DNA from: Sedimentisphaerales bacterium
GTDB taxonomy: Bacteria > Planctomycetota > Phycisphaerae > Sedimentisphaerales > Anaerobacaceae
Length of the DNA: 64,000 nt
Direction: 5' to 3'
Assembly: GCA_963708075.1 (NCBI GenBank)
Contig: OY970194.1
Span: 6,880,001-6,944,000 of the forward strand
Part shown: piece by piece, positions 20,408 through 30,109 of the stretch
Numbering within the stretch: position 1 is the stretch's first letter
Layout: each line of letters begins with the position of its first letter
The notes under the pieces: model-generated
What the model saw: only the letters and a program-made list of their open reading frames with translations
The model's database searches: none
What the model was told of the DNA's origin: nothing
Translations under genes and position numbers: made by a program

Positions 20408-20573
20408 TTGCGGGCCCCGCCTGCTCGTGCCATAATACCGCCAGTTCTGCACCTCTGATGAAGCTGCGAGAAGTTGGTTGCGGGCCCCCACGGGCCGGAC
20501 AGATGTAGTGAGGCCGAAGATGACGTGGGGATTTGCGGAAAGTGAAATGTGTAGGTGCGACCCCCGGTCCTCC
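20408..20573 (+). ncRNA. Promoter + conserved element, copy 5, with site directly before cargo genes
   Basis: TTGCGG-17-CATAAT; core; gtgaaatgtgtaggtgcgacccc; ATG at 20591. Confidence 0.55.
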
Positions 20574-20590
20574 GGTGAGGAATTGACGAA

Positions 20591-21514
20591 ATGAGCGACA
20601 CAGAACCGAACCAGAACGAGACCACCCTGGGCACGAAGCCTAAGCCGTTCGTCTTTGTGCTGATGCCGTTTGCGAAGGAGTTTGATGATACCTACCAGCT
20701 TGGCATTAAGGCAGCTTGTGAGAAGGCAGGAGCATATGCACAGAGGCTTGACGAGCAGCTATTTAACGAGAGCATGCTGCAACGCATTTACAACCAGATC
20801 GCCAAAGCTGATGTCATTGTGGCAGATATGACTGGCAGGAATCCCAACGTCTTCTACGAAGTAGGGTATGCTCATGCTCTCGGTAAGGTCGTGATCCTGC
20901 TGACGCAGAAGAACGAGGATATACCTTTTGATCTGAAACATTACCGGCACATCGTCTATGAGAATGTGGTTAGTTTACAACCACAACTTGAGACGGCCGT
21001 TCAATGGGGAGTGAAGCAGGCCAGCGGGGAGGCACTGCCTAAACCCCCGATTGCGGTCTATCATGAAGATAGGCCTTTGATTGACAAACCAACTATTGTG
21101 TTCACGCTATACCATCCTAAGACACAGTTGGACCGGTCACGCATTCGATTCTCTTTGACGTACGGCAATATTGATGAAGTAAATACGGTGCGGTGTAGAA
21201 TGGCCATATGGACCTCCAAGCTGTTCCGAACCGCTCAATGGTACGACAACCTGGGTCCGCCGCCTGTGGATGGAGGACCAACAATATATCCAATACTACA
21301 TCCTACTCAACGGAAGATTTTCACTTGTCCAGTGGTCATGTCCTTGCTACCGGAAGAATGGCGATCAGATGTGTTAGTGCTTGGAATGCGAACCGATGAC
21401 CTGAAACATGGTGAGCAGTATTTCACCGAAGATATGGTACTCCGCGTCTCCACACAATCCGGCAGCTATAGCTATCCCTTCACAGCAAGGATCGAGCAGG
21501 ATAAGAAACAATGA
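20591..21514 (+). CDS. Nucleoside 2-deoxyribosyltransferase/TIR-like N-terminal domain + unknown C-terminal domain
   Basis: FVLMPF, ADVIVADMTGRNPNVFYEVGYAHALGK, IPFDL. Confidence 0.75.
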   Translation: MSDTEPNQNETTLGTKPKPFVFVLMPFAKEFDDTYQLGIKAACEKAGAYAQRLDEQLFNESMLQRIYNQIAKADVIVADMTGRNPNVFYEVGYAHALGKVVILLTQKNEDIPFDLKHYRHIVYENVVSLQPQLETAVQWGVKQASGEALPKPPIAVYHEDRPLIDKPTIVFTLYHPKTQLDRSRIRFSLTYGNIDEVNTVRCRMAIWTSKLFRTAQWYDNLGPPPVDGGPTIYPILHPTQRKIFTCPVVMSLLPEEWRSDVLVLGMRTDDLKHGEQYFTEDMVLRVSTQSGSYSYPFTARIEQDKKQ

Positions 21515-22410
21515 TTGCCACAAAGACCGTACTGGTGTTGGGAGCAGGAGCGAGTGCTCCGTATGGATTCCCTACAGGTGGGGCATTGGTCGAACTAATC
21601 GCGAATGATTTTGCATCACCACGATTTGCGAAAGCCGAAAAAGTCATGCCGGAAGGATACCGAATCTTGACAGGCAGACTAAGACAGGCACAACACAATT
21701 CCATTGATGAGTTCCTTGAAAACCATCCATCATTTGCGGACATTGGGCGACAAGCCATAGCACTTCACTTGCTCCCGGCGGAATCCCATTCAGGAGCCAC
21801 CCTGATGGATTTGACCAAGAAGGATCACTGGTACAGATACCTGAAAGGGCAGTTGGGCCCTCTTGGTACATTCGGAAAGAATCAACTCAGGATCATCTCC
21901 TTCAATTACGACAGATCAGTGGAGCACTACCTGTACGAGACTTCGCGGACAAGCGATGAGCGGATCAATGATCAACAGTGTGTGGAGATATTGAAGCAAC
22001 TCCCTGTACTTCATGTCTATGGCAACTTGGGGCCATTACCTTGGCAGTCGCGTATCGGGACCATACCCTATGGTGGTAGTACCCCAGAACCATGTGCAGA
22101 GGAGATTCGACAAGCAGCCATGAACATCAAGATTCTACATCAGGGAACTGATGACGAAGTGCAACAGAATTTTCGGATTGCTCAAGAATGGCTGAAATGG
22201 GCTGAGAGGATCGTCGTTCTGGGCTTCGGATTTCACCACGCCAATGTTGAACGACTCGCACTCACTGAGACGTTTCAAGGCAAAAGAGAAGTTGTAGGTA
22301 CATGTAAAGACTTGGCTCTGACGAACAGGGCGGCTGCTTTACATGTTACTTTCCCCCGACCTGCTGCCGATTGCTACACACTACTGCACGATCATGTTGT
22401 TCTGTTATAG
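21511..22410 (+). CDS. SIR2-like (SIR2_2/AbiH-like) protein
   Basis: LVLGAGAS.PYGFP, IISFNYD, LHVYG, IVVLGFGF; ATGA-coupled to upstream gene. Confidence 0.75.
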   Translation: MIATKTVLVLGAGASAPYGFPTGGALVELIANDFASPRFAKAEKVMPEGYRILTGRLRQAQHNSIDEFLENHPSFADIGRQAIALHLLPAESHSGATLMDLTKKDHWYRYLKGQLGPLGTFGKNQLRIISFNYDRSVEHYLYETSRTSDERINDQQCVEILKQLPVLHVYGNLGPLPWQSRIGTIPYGGSTPEPCAEEIRQAAMNIKILHQGTDDEVQQNFRIAQEWLKWAERIVVLGFGFHHANVERLALTETFQGKREVVGTCKDLALTNRAAALHVTFPRPAADCYTLLHDHVVLL

Positions 22411-22746
22411 GTGCGAGGGGACAATGGGGGGAATAGAGGGTCACACCTACGGGGGAATAGAGGGTCACACCTACACATTTCACATTCCCGTCATTTCGGA
22501 GGGTAGCCAAATGTATAGAAGGGACCTTCGCGGGGTCACATTGCGAATTAGGAATGATTCCGGAATCGGCTCGCGAACACCCTGGAGTTCGCTGTCCGTC
22601 GTCACTCGGTTTCAGGTTTCTGTGCGAACGGCGCGACTTGCCGGTACAACCGGGAAGGGACGGCAAGTCACGATGGGACAAGAGGCAAGTAGTTGCACAA
22701 TCCGAGTCATTTCTCTATAATGGGCAGGGTGCACGAGGATCAGTCA

Positions 22747-23163
22747 ATGTCAACGTCGAGCGACAAGGGAAACGCCATGGACAATGCCTGCATACGATGT
22801 TTGGCCTGTTGCATCGAGAAGGTCGATCTGCCCACCAAGCCGGGCCAATTGGGGGGCCACCTTGTCGAAGTCCGCAGGCATGCCAAGTGGTGCGAGACGA
22901 CGCACCCTGATCCGCGCATCAAGCTCTTCATCCCATGCCATTTCCTGGACTACGTCGCGCGATGCTGCACGATTCACGACCATTTGCCGGGAGAGTGCCA
23001 GCTTCTTGAGCCGGGTAGTCCGGCCTGCCTGAGACACCGGCGGAAATTGTACGGCAGGGAGAATCCATCCGCATCTCACGTCGAGATGATGGTGCCCCAT
23101 AACCGGGGCATGGCTTGCTGGTCCCAGATGGATCGTGACTTCTCCGACGAGTCTATGTCGTAG
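22747..23163 (+). CDS. YkgJ-like cysteine-cluster protein
   Basis: CxxCxxCC, C.IH...P.EC..LEPGSPAC...R pattern; start uncertain. Confidence 0.55.
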   Translation: MSTSSDKGNAMDNACIRCLACCIEKVDLPTKPGQLGGHLVEVRRHAKWCETTHPDPRIKLFIPCHFLDYVARCCTIHDHLPGECQLLEPGSPACLRHRRKLYGRENPSASHVEMMVPHNRGMACWSQMDRDFSDESMS

Positions 23164-24320
23164 ACCTTCCTGCCTGCGAGCCGGGGGCTCCACGTAGGAC
23201 GCGGGGGCCTTCGATGGCCTTAAGTCAAGCTTTAGCGGGCACTTCAATTGTCACGGGGGGCAGGCCGGGATCGTTTGTCTTGGGTAGAACAAGGGGAGAC
23301 GTCATCGGGTGGGGGACGGCCCAATGCGGAGTGCGGAGTGCGGAATGAAGAGGGAGGGGTCAGGGCTCGAGGCCCAGGGGTCAGGTGGTTTCTTCCCTTC
23401 CTGCGTTCTTACCTTCTTACATTCTGCTCTGTGTCCTCCGGGCCCTCTGTGGCTAAACAATCAGTTGTCAGTTCACGGTTGTTAGTTCTCAGTTGACGGA
23501 TTTCCTCTCCGCGGACGCAGTGCTCTCTGTGGTGAACAATCAGAATCCGCGTGGGTTGAGAACCCACCCTGCATACTATCCTCCGCGTCTCGGCGTCTCT
23601 GCGTGAGATGATCAGTTGTTTTCAGTTCTCGGTTGTCAGTTGACGGTGGACAGAGGGGTCAAGGGGCGGGGGAAACGGTCTGAAGTGTGATGTTTGACGT
23701 GTGAAGTAGGAAGAGCCCACAGATTTCAAGAATCAAACATCAAAAATCAAACATCAAACTTAGCGATGTGTGACGTGTGAGGTCGGAGGCTCTGGCAACT
23801 CAATATTCCATCATTCCAGGGTTCCATTGTTCCCGCCGTCTCGGTCGGCGGACTGGATCGGGGTTATCCCGGATGCGTCACGAGGGCAGGCGGCGCGAAG
23901 ATTCTCGGACCTTCCGTGACTCGGCTGGCTGTCCTTTGTACCGGTTCAGCCTGGGAAGGCCCGATCCTGGGTGGCACGGGCAGACTCGTTTGCCCGTGGG
24001 GTTTCGAGTGAACAGGCCACGTCGAATGAGCACCGTCAAATGAGTCTGGCGGTGCCACCCGGCAAGCGAGAGGCTTCGCGCTAGACACATACTGGCCGTT
24101 GGGGCGGTGTGACTGGGCGATTGAGACTCGTCACGCACTGAGCACATAAAAACCCGTCTGCTTCGCCTGAAAAAGGCATTATATGTCACGGATCGATGTC
24201 GAAAGCCCCAGAAAAAACTTGCATAAACTGCGTCCTTGCGGTAAAATACGTATCTTAGGGAACTATGTCCGGGGATATAGACGCGGTGCAGTCGCGTGTT
24301 CGGTTAGGAGAAGGCAAATT

Positions 24321-25757
24321 ATGGCAGGCATGTTCTACTCGATCAAAGAAACAGCGGACCGACTGGGCAAGACCGAGGACGATGTGAGGAGACTGGCGAG
24401 GGCCGGAAAACTCCGCGAGTTCCGCGATGGTTCCCACACCTTGTTCAAGGTCGATGAGGTCAATGCCATCCTGGCGGAGAAGATCGACGTTGACGAGTTG
24501 CTTGCCGAGCCTGACGTCCCTGCGGAGCCCGCTGAGGTGCTGGAGGCCGAGCCTGTAGCGACGTCGGACGGGGCTTCCGATGATGATGTGCTCAATCTGC
24601 TGGAGGAGGAACCGACTGCGGCCGAGCCGGCGGCGGCAGCGGAGGCAAGCTCCGAGATGGAACTGGCTGCCGAGCCTGAGGCGGAGGCAAGTTCTGAGAT
24701 GGAGCTGACTGCGGAGCCGGAAGCAGAAGCAAGCTCTGAGATGGAGCTGACTGCGGAGCCGGAGGCGGAGGCAAGCTCCGAGTTCGACCTGGCTGCTGAG
24801 TCCGGAGCCGAGGCCACGAGCGAGGAGGACGAGTTGTTCTTTCTTGAAGAGGACGAGAAGCCGGCGGAATCGGGTGCTGAAACGGCCGCCGAAACAGACG
24901 AAGAGATTGCCCTGGCGGCAGAGAGCGGTGCTCCGGCTGAAAGCGACATCACGGACATGGACACAGCCCTGACCGGCGAGGGAGTCCCCGTACTCGGCGA
25001 AACCGATACCGAATACGACGTGACCGAGGATTCAATGGCCGAGACGGCCGGGCCCGCGGCTTCGGCCGGGGCGACCGGGACCGGGACAGGATCCGACGCC
25101 GAGGCTTCGCTTGAAGAGATTGAAGATGATGTAAATCTAGATAGCTTCGGCAGCGGCTCCGGTCTGCTGGATCTGTCGCTCCAGGCGGACGACACGTCCC
25201 TCGGCGGCATCCTGGATGAGATTTATACGGCCGAAGGCGGCGAGGAAGGCCCTGCGGCGGCCGAGCCGGGAAGCGTTGAGGACATCACCGCCGAGGTGGA
25301 CCATGTGGCTCCGGAAGAGGAATTGGGCGCTCCGGAAGCTGCTGTGGCGGCACCGGTCGTGGCGGCCGCCTATCCCGCCTACGCGGAGGCTGCGCCCGAC
25401 ACCCAGAGCAATGTCCTGGGCATGCTCCTGATCCTGCCCCTGCTGGCGCTATTATATACCGCTATTATCGCCATCTCCGGCCAGAGGGGGGTCGTGCCCT
25501 CCATCCTGTCCTCGATCCAGGGCATGATCTGGTACATCATCGGCGGACTGATTGTCCTGGCGCTGCTGATCTCCGGCGCCTCCTTCGTCATGGGCGGCGA
25601 GAAAGCTCCCAGGGCGGCGGCCCCCAAGAAGGTCAAAGCCGCCAAGGCCGAAAAATCCAGGAAGGAAAAGGCCCCCAAGGCCGAAAGGCCCACTGAAAAA
25701 CCCGCCAAAGAAAAGAAGGGCTTCAGCCTCTTCGGCAAGAAGAAAGAGAAGAAGTAG
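24321..25757 (+). CDS. HTH_17/excisionase-like HTH protein with acidic repeat linker and two TM helices
   Basis: N-terminal FYSIKETADRLG...GKLREFRDG; GSGSGLLDLSL.ADDTSLG; 13-aa repeats; Lys-rich tail. Confidence 0.75.
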   Translation: MAGMFYSIKETADRLGKTEDDVRRLARAGKLREFRDGSHTLFKVDEVNAILAEKIDVDELLAEPDVPAEPAEVLEAEPVATSDGASDDDVLNLLEEEPTAAEPAAAAEASSEMELAAEPEAEASSEMELTAEPEAEASSEMELTAEPEAEASSEFDLAAESGAEATSEEDELFFLEEDEKPAESGAETAAETDEEIALAAESGAPAESDITDMDTALTGEGVPVLGETDTEYDVTEDSMAETAGPAASAGATGTGTGSDAEASLEEIEDDVNLDSFGSGSGLLDLSLQADDTSLGGILDEIYTAEGGEEGPAAAEPGSVEDITAEVDHVAPEEELGAPEAAVAAPVVAAAYPAYAEAAPDTQSNVLGMLLILPLLALLYTAIIAISGQRGVVPSILSSIQGMIWYIIGGLIVLALLISGASFVMGGEKAPRAAAPKKVKAAKAEKSRKEKAPKAERPTEKPAKEKKGFSLFGKKKEKK

Positions 25758-25781
25758 CCGGACAGGACGGAACCCCCTTAT

Positions 25782-26159
25782 ATGACTACTGCACCAGAAA
25801 CCAAGAAGGATACGAGGCGTCGCGGTCCGAGGGTTCCGGCCCTGCCCGACGAGAAGACTGGCAAGATCAAGCGGTCGTTCTACATCATGCCCCAGGACTA
25901 TTAGCCCTTCTCGGACGCCTTCGGCGGCGACATCTCCGACCACCAGCCGCTGATGATCGCCGTCTGGATGGCGATGGACGGCAACGTGCAAGACTTTGTC
26001 CGGGAGACTCACAAGAAACACGGCATGGTCGAGACCATCAGCATCCTGAAAAAGCGACTGCCAGAGAAGATGGCTGATATGCTCCTGGCACAGTGGGCCG
26101 CCAGTTTGCCTACCGGGCGCAAGTCACAACTGATCCAGGAAGCCCGTAAGAGAGTATAG
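25782..26159 (+). pseudogene. Hypothetical ORF interrupted by in-frame TAG at 25902-25904
   Basis: ATG 25782 is in frame with downstream 25953-26159 ORF across one TAG. Confidence 0.4.
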
Positions 26160-26495
26160 AGGCTACAAGTTCCATCACATGCAGCGCCGCAGATGACATA
26201 AAGAACACCCCAAATGCCCCGCCTCCTGCAATAGTTGAGAACCCACGCAGTGAAATCATAGGGGATCAAGAGAGGAGGGGTGCTGCCGTGGGTTAGCGCG
26301 CTGTCCCTCTCGCGAGGGTATCCCGACAACACCCCATGCTTACAGACGCTTCTCGCGGGCTGGATATGGATGGAAGAATGAAAATCCTGTATTTGCACGG
26401 GCGGAAAACGGCCCGTACACCGCCCAGACCGCCATGAGCGATGACGTCATCCTTGGCCGCCGCGATGGAGCGGGCGACACAGACAGCTCACATGG

Positions 26496-27443
26496 CTATT
26501 GCAGCAGGGCCTTGAGCTGGCTTTGGAGTTGGCGGTCGGTCTGCAAACGCTGCTCGGCCCGGCGGCAGGCGTGCGAAACCGCTGACTCGCCTACACCGAA
26601 ATGCTCGGCAATCTCGCCCAGGCGAAATCGACCCTGCCGCCACAGCAGGTATATCAGCACCTCCCGCATGGGTCGCTCCCGGTGCCGGATCGGCCGAAGT
26701 AGCGACGCATACTCCTGCGAATCGATCCTCAGCCTGCGGCGGTATTCCGCCAGATGCTCCTGGATCGTCCCATGCGATTGCAGGGCTCGCAACTGGGGCT
26801 TGTCTGGCTCTCGCAGGCCTTGCACACGCTGACGCAGCTCCTCCACCACGGCCTCGCTGCCCAGCACCAGGCCATAGTGCAGGCTCGAAAACAGCTCATC
26901 CGCCCGTTCATCGTATCGCCGCACCGCCTGGCGAAAGCCCCTGGCGTCGAGATCCAATTGCTCGTACACCAGCCGTGCATCAAACCACGCCGGCCCGCCC
27001 CGGCCATACGCCAACGCCCGGTAGCTGCTCCAGCGGTAATCCTCCAGTCGTTCCGCGAGCCTGGCCCGCAGGGGATTGCGATGGATATACAGCAGCAATC
27101 GCTGGAGATACTCGGTCTCTTGAATGAGAAAGCTCTTGAATCTCCCCTGGAACAGGTGCCCGCTTCGCCGATGTCGGCGATTATGCCATGAGCCGTACGC
27201 CACTTGCAGCCACTGCATCGCCGCCGAGAGGTTCGCTTCTTGGGTCTTGACCAGAAGATGATAGTGGTTGCCCATGAGCACATAGGCGTAGATGTCGAGA
27301 GAGAACCGTTCCGAGCACCGGCCCAGTCGGTCAAGAAAGTCCTCGTAGTCGTGCTCATCGCGAAAGATCGCTCGCCGCTCATTGCCGCGATTGAGCACGT
27401 GATAGAATGTATCTTCCTGATCGATGCGTAACGGCCGTGCCAT
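26496..27443 (-). CDS. RAYT-like Y1 (HUH) transposase with C-terminal HTH
   Basis: MARPLR, YHVLNRGNER, YVLMGNHYHL (HUH), GHLFQGRF, YIHRNP, YRWSSY; C-terminal EIAEHFG..SAVSHA. Confidence 0.9.
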   Translation of the reverse strand: MARPLRIDQEDTFYHVLNRGNERRAIFRDEHDYEDFLDRLGRCSERFSLDIYAYVLMGNHYHLLVKTQEANLSAAMQWLQVAYGSWHNRRHRRSGHLFQGRFKSFLIQETEYLQRLLLYIHRNPLRARLAERLEDYRWSSYRALAYGRGGPAWFDARLVYEQLDLDARGFRQAVRRYDERADELFSSLHYGLVLGSEAVVEELRQRVQGLREPDKPQLRALQSHGTIQEHLAEYRRRLRIDSQEYASLLRPIRHRERPMREVLIYLLWRQGRFRLGEIAEHFGVGESAVSHACRRAEQRLQTDRQLQSQLKALLQ

Positions 27444-27544
27444 GAACAGCAGAGTACAACGTCACGAACGGTGCCGTCAAGCAAATAATTCCTTATTCAA
27501 GACGTGACCCCGTTTCCGCTTTTCATTGTCCGCTCCCCCGTCTA

Positions 27545-28108
27545 TTATAAGCCAATGATTATATACTTGATATAGCATGCAGAACCAAGCCTTTCATTGT
27601 AGAGCAGAAGGTTAGCATCAAGCCAACTCAGACCGACATTGTCCTCTCCCACGTAGTAAGTCTCCCACGCGTCCCATTTCGCCAGATCAAACCAACCCGG
27701 CTGCGGGCGTCCCTCTGTGTACAATTCTATGTCCATGTAGTACTTATCGGTAGTCTTGAAGCGGAGGACTCCTTTGGAATATTGAGCCGCTTCCCATTGC
27801 TTGAACTTTCGTGCAGCAATCAGATGTGACAGGTCCTCCCGGGTAATCAGAAAGCGCAGCACATATGCATGCTCGCGAGATCCGTACAGCCCTATGAGAT
27901 GCGACATCTGGCAGTGGTCCGCTTCAATCCTGTGCACCGACCCTGGAATCGGCTGCACCACGAAACGCCGGAACATGAGTGGTCCATACAGGAAAGACCT
28001 GGTGACAATCAGCGTTACTAATAGAAGCACCGCAATACAGCAGACGGCTCCCACCACGACCGGATGTCGGCATTTCCTAATCATGTCCAACGATCCTCGC
28101 AATTTCAA
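27545..28108 (-). CDS. Hypothetical membrane-anchored protein, putative immunity protein
   Basis: N-terminal TM; AT-richer; immediately downstream of Rhs tip; start uncertain. Confidence 0.55.
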   Translation of the reverse strand: MKLRGSLDMIRKCRHPVVVGAVCCIAVLLLVTLIVTRSFLYGPLMFRRFVVQPIPGSVHRIEADHCQMSHLIGLYGSREHAYVLRFLITREDLSHLIAARKFKQWEAAQYSKGVLRFKTTDKYYMDIELYTEGRPQPGWFDLAKWDAWETYYVGEDNVGLSWLDANLLLYNERLGSACYIKYIIIGL

Positions 28109-28114
28109 CTGCTA

Positions 28115-28892
28115 TTAGGGCACAGTCTGGGGTACGGCCCAAAGCCAACTGCTGCCCGGTAGCGCCTTAGCTGCAGACTCATATATACCCCATTGTCCTC
28201 TGATCACATACGGAGTACCGTTGTCAAACTCCAAATAGCCCATTTTAGCATCATCAAATATGTTCCACATATCAAAGGCATCGCGGAACCAGTCCTCGAA
28301 CCAGAAGTTGAATTTGATGTCAATAGCCCCACTGCCGTCCATGTTGTAAGCAACCACAACCGTCGCGTCTAGATTCAAGTAGCCACGTCCAAGCACCACT
28401 AGATTGTCCAGCCAACTAATATATGGAGGTCCGAAGTTATACAACTTCCTTACATTATGAGGGAATTCCTGGCGCCCGAGTGGCCGGTCGCCCAGTTCTT
28501 CAGCGGAAATCTCCCCATGCCTGTAGCGTGCGGCCCTTGCGAGCCATTCTGCATCCGCTTCGGCAATCTTGTCGAATCGATCGGTAGCCATCTGCCGCAC
28601 CTCGCTGCAGAAATCCCGCACATATTTCTCTATTTGGCGACTTCCCTTAAATACATCAAGCAGACCTGTCTGGGCCAGATCAAGTGTTTCGCCACCTTTA
28701 TTCACATACCACCACCAGAAGTTCTTCTTAGTCCATCGTGACACACTAGCCGGGTCCTCCATTGCTCCAGGAGCGACGAATGCCGCAGGCCATCTGGAGC
28801 CAATCATAACCATCTTCCCATCCCTCTCCTGCCATACAGTCACATCACCTGAAGGATCTAACGCATTCAATGGGCTGTTCGCACAATAGAGA
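28115..28892 (-). pseudogene. Orphan Rhs C-terminal toxin tip
   Basis: Begins LYCANSPLNALDPSG (Rhs PxxxxDPxG junction) with no proper start. Confidence 0.75.
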
Positions 28893-28923
28893 TCATAGAG
28901 GGTCACACCTACACATTTCACAT

Positions 28924-29934
28924 TCATCGCAGTGCTTTAAGGCTCTGTTCGATCTGCGACCAGGCTTCCAGGAGTTTCTTGTCCCGACGAAGCGTCTGCT
29001 CGGCGCGGTCGCGGGCCATCGTCAGGCCACTCAGTGAGATGTCGAAGCGTTTCGCCAACGCGGTCAAGCTCTCTCCCGCTCGGCTGTAGCGGCACACGCC
29101 GTAGATCAGTAGTTGCCTCGCACGGCGGTCCGAGCCGCGCAGCGTCAGCAGGCTCTCCGGCCGGACTCCGCAGTGGCGCCCCACACAGCCGGCCACCGCG
29201 TCAAAAGGAATCGACTGCCGGGCCCGCTCGAACGCCGGCTGCTCTCGCCGATCGGCGTTTCGCGTCAGCACGTAGGTCCGCCGAATGTGGTCAAGGAAGG
29301 TCTCCGTCCCCAGGATCGTCTGGCCCTCCAGTCGGGCCAGCGGGTTGTCCAACTCCCGCAGCAGGCCTTCCTCGACGTACTGGCCATATCGCCGCATCTG
29401 AACGCGTCGGCTCGCCCCCCAGTCCGACAGAAGCGGCCCGGGATCAAACCACTTCGGGCCCGGCGACAAGCCGATGCAGGCTGCATAGCTCGACCAGCCA
29501 AACGCACGCAGCGCCCGCCGTCTGGCCGACACGGACGCCGGCCGCAGTGCCTTGGTCCGGACCGGATTGAGATGGATGTAGCGTGAGACCTCGCCGCCGT
29601 AGGCGTCATTCTCGACCAGATGGGCCGTGAAGCGGCCCTGGAAGACGTGCCCGCGGCTGCGCCGACGGCGGTTGAGGCTGATCGTGAAGCTCGTCAGAAG
29701 GCTCTGCATGAAGCGGCTGAGATTCGCCTGCTCGGTCCGCAGGTACAGATGGAAGTGATTCGGCATGCAGCAGTAACACAACAGCCCCACCTCGAACTGC
29801 CGGCTGAACTGGCCCAGCCGCTCCAGGAACAGCTCATAGTCTCTCGCCTCCGTGAACACGGCCTGCCGCCCATTGCCCCGATTCATCACATGATAGCAGG
29901 CACCCGCATACTCGATCCGCAACGGACGAGCCAT
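28924..29934 (-). CDS. RAYT-like Y1 (HUH) transposase with C-terminal HTH, second paralog
   Basis: MARPLRIEY.GA.YHVMNRGN, MPNHFHL, GHVFQGRF, YIHLNP, WSSY. Confidence 0.9.
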   Translation of the reverse strand: MARPLRIEYAGACYHVMNRGNGRQAVFTEARDYELFLERLGQFSRQFEVGLLCYCCMPNHFHLYLRTEQANLSRFMQSLLTSFTISLNRRRRSRGHVFQGRFTAHLVENDAYGGEVSRYIHLNPVRTKALRPASVSARRRALRAFGWSSYAACIGLSPGPKWFDPGPLLSDWGASRRVQMRRYGQYVEEGLLRELDNPLARLEGQTILGTETFLDHIRRTYVLTRNADRREQPAFERARQSIPFDAVAGCVGRHCGVRPESLLTLRGSDRRARQLLIYGVCRYSRAGESLTALAKRFDISLSGLTMARDRAEQTLRRDKKLLEAWSQIEQSLKALR

Positions 29935-30109
29935 ACACAGTCTCCTTTCAGACAAGCAGATCTGCAACGTCCGCCAGAATACACCGGACCCGTGGGCCTC
30001 GTCAAGAGCAAATATGAAATGTGTAGGTGTGACCCCGTATTCTCTGGAGGACTGGCCCTCCAGGGTCGGTCGGCGAGGGCAGGCGGCAAAGGCGGCAAAT
30101 CGCCCCGGT

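Noticed and set aside
8835..20520. Five repeats as a CRISPR array
   Set aside because: Dispersed, both strands, ~110 bp, no regular spacers, no cas genes
20437..20560. Conserved element as hammerhead or twister ribozyme (CTGATGA...GAAA)
   Set aside because: No stem III after GAAA, copy 3 has CTGAGAA, and the twister UAA and AAGC loop residues are missing
26496..29934. Y1 genes as IS200/IS605 TnpA
   Set aside because: Over 300 aa with RAYT-type NP/WSS motifs and C-terminal HTH; no tnpB
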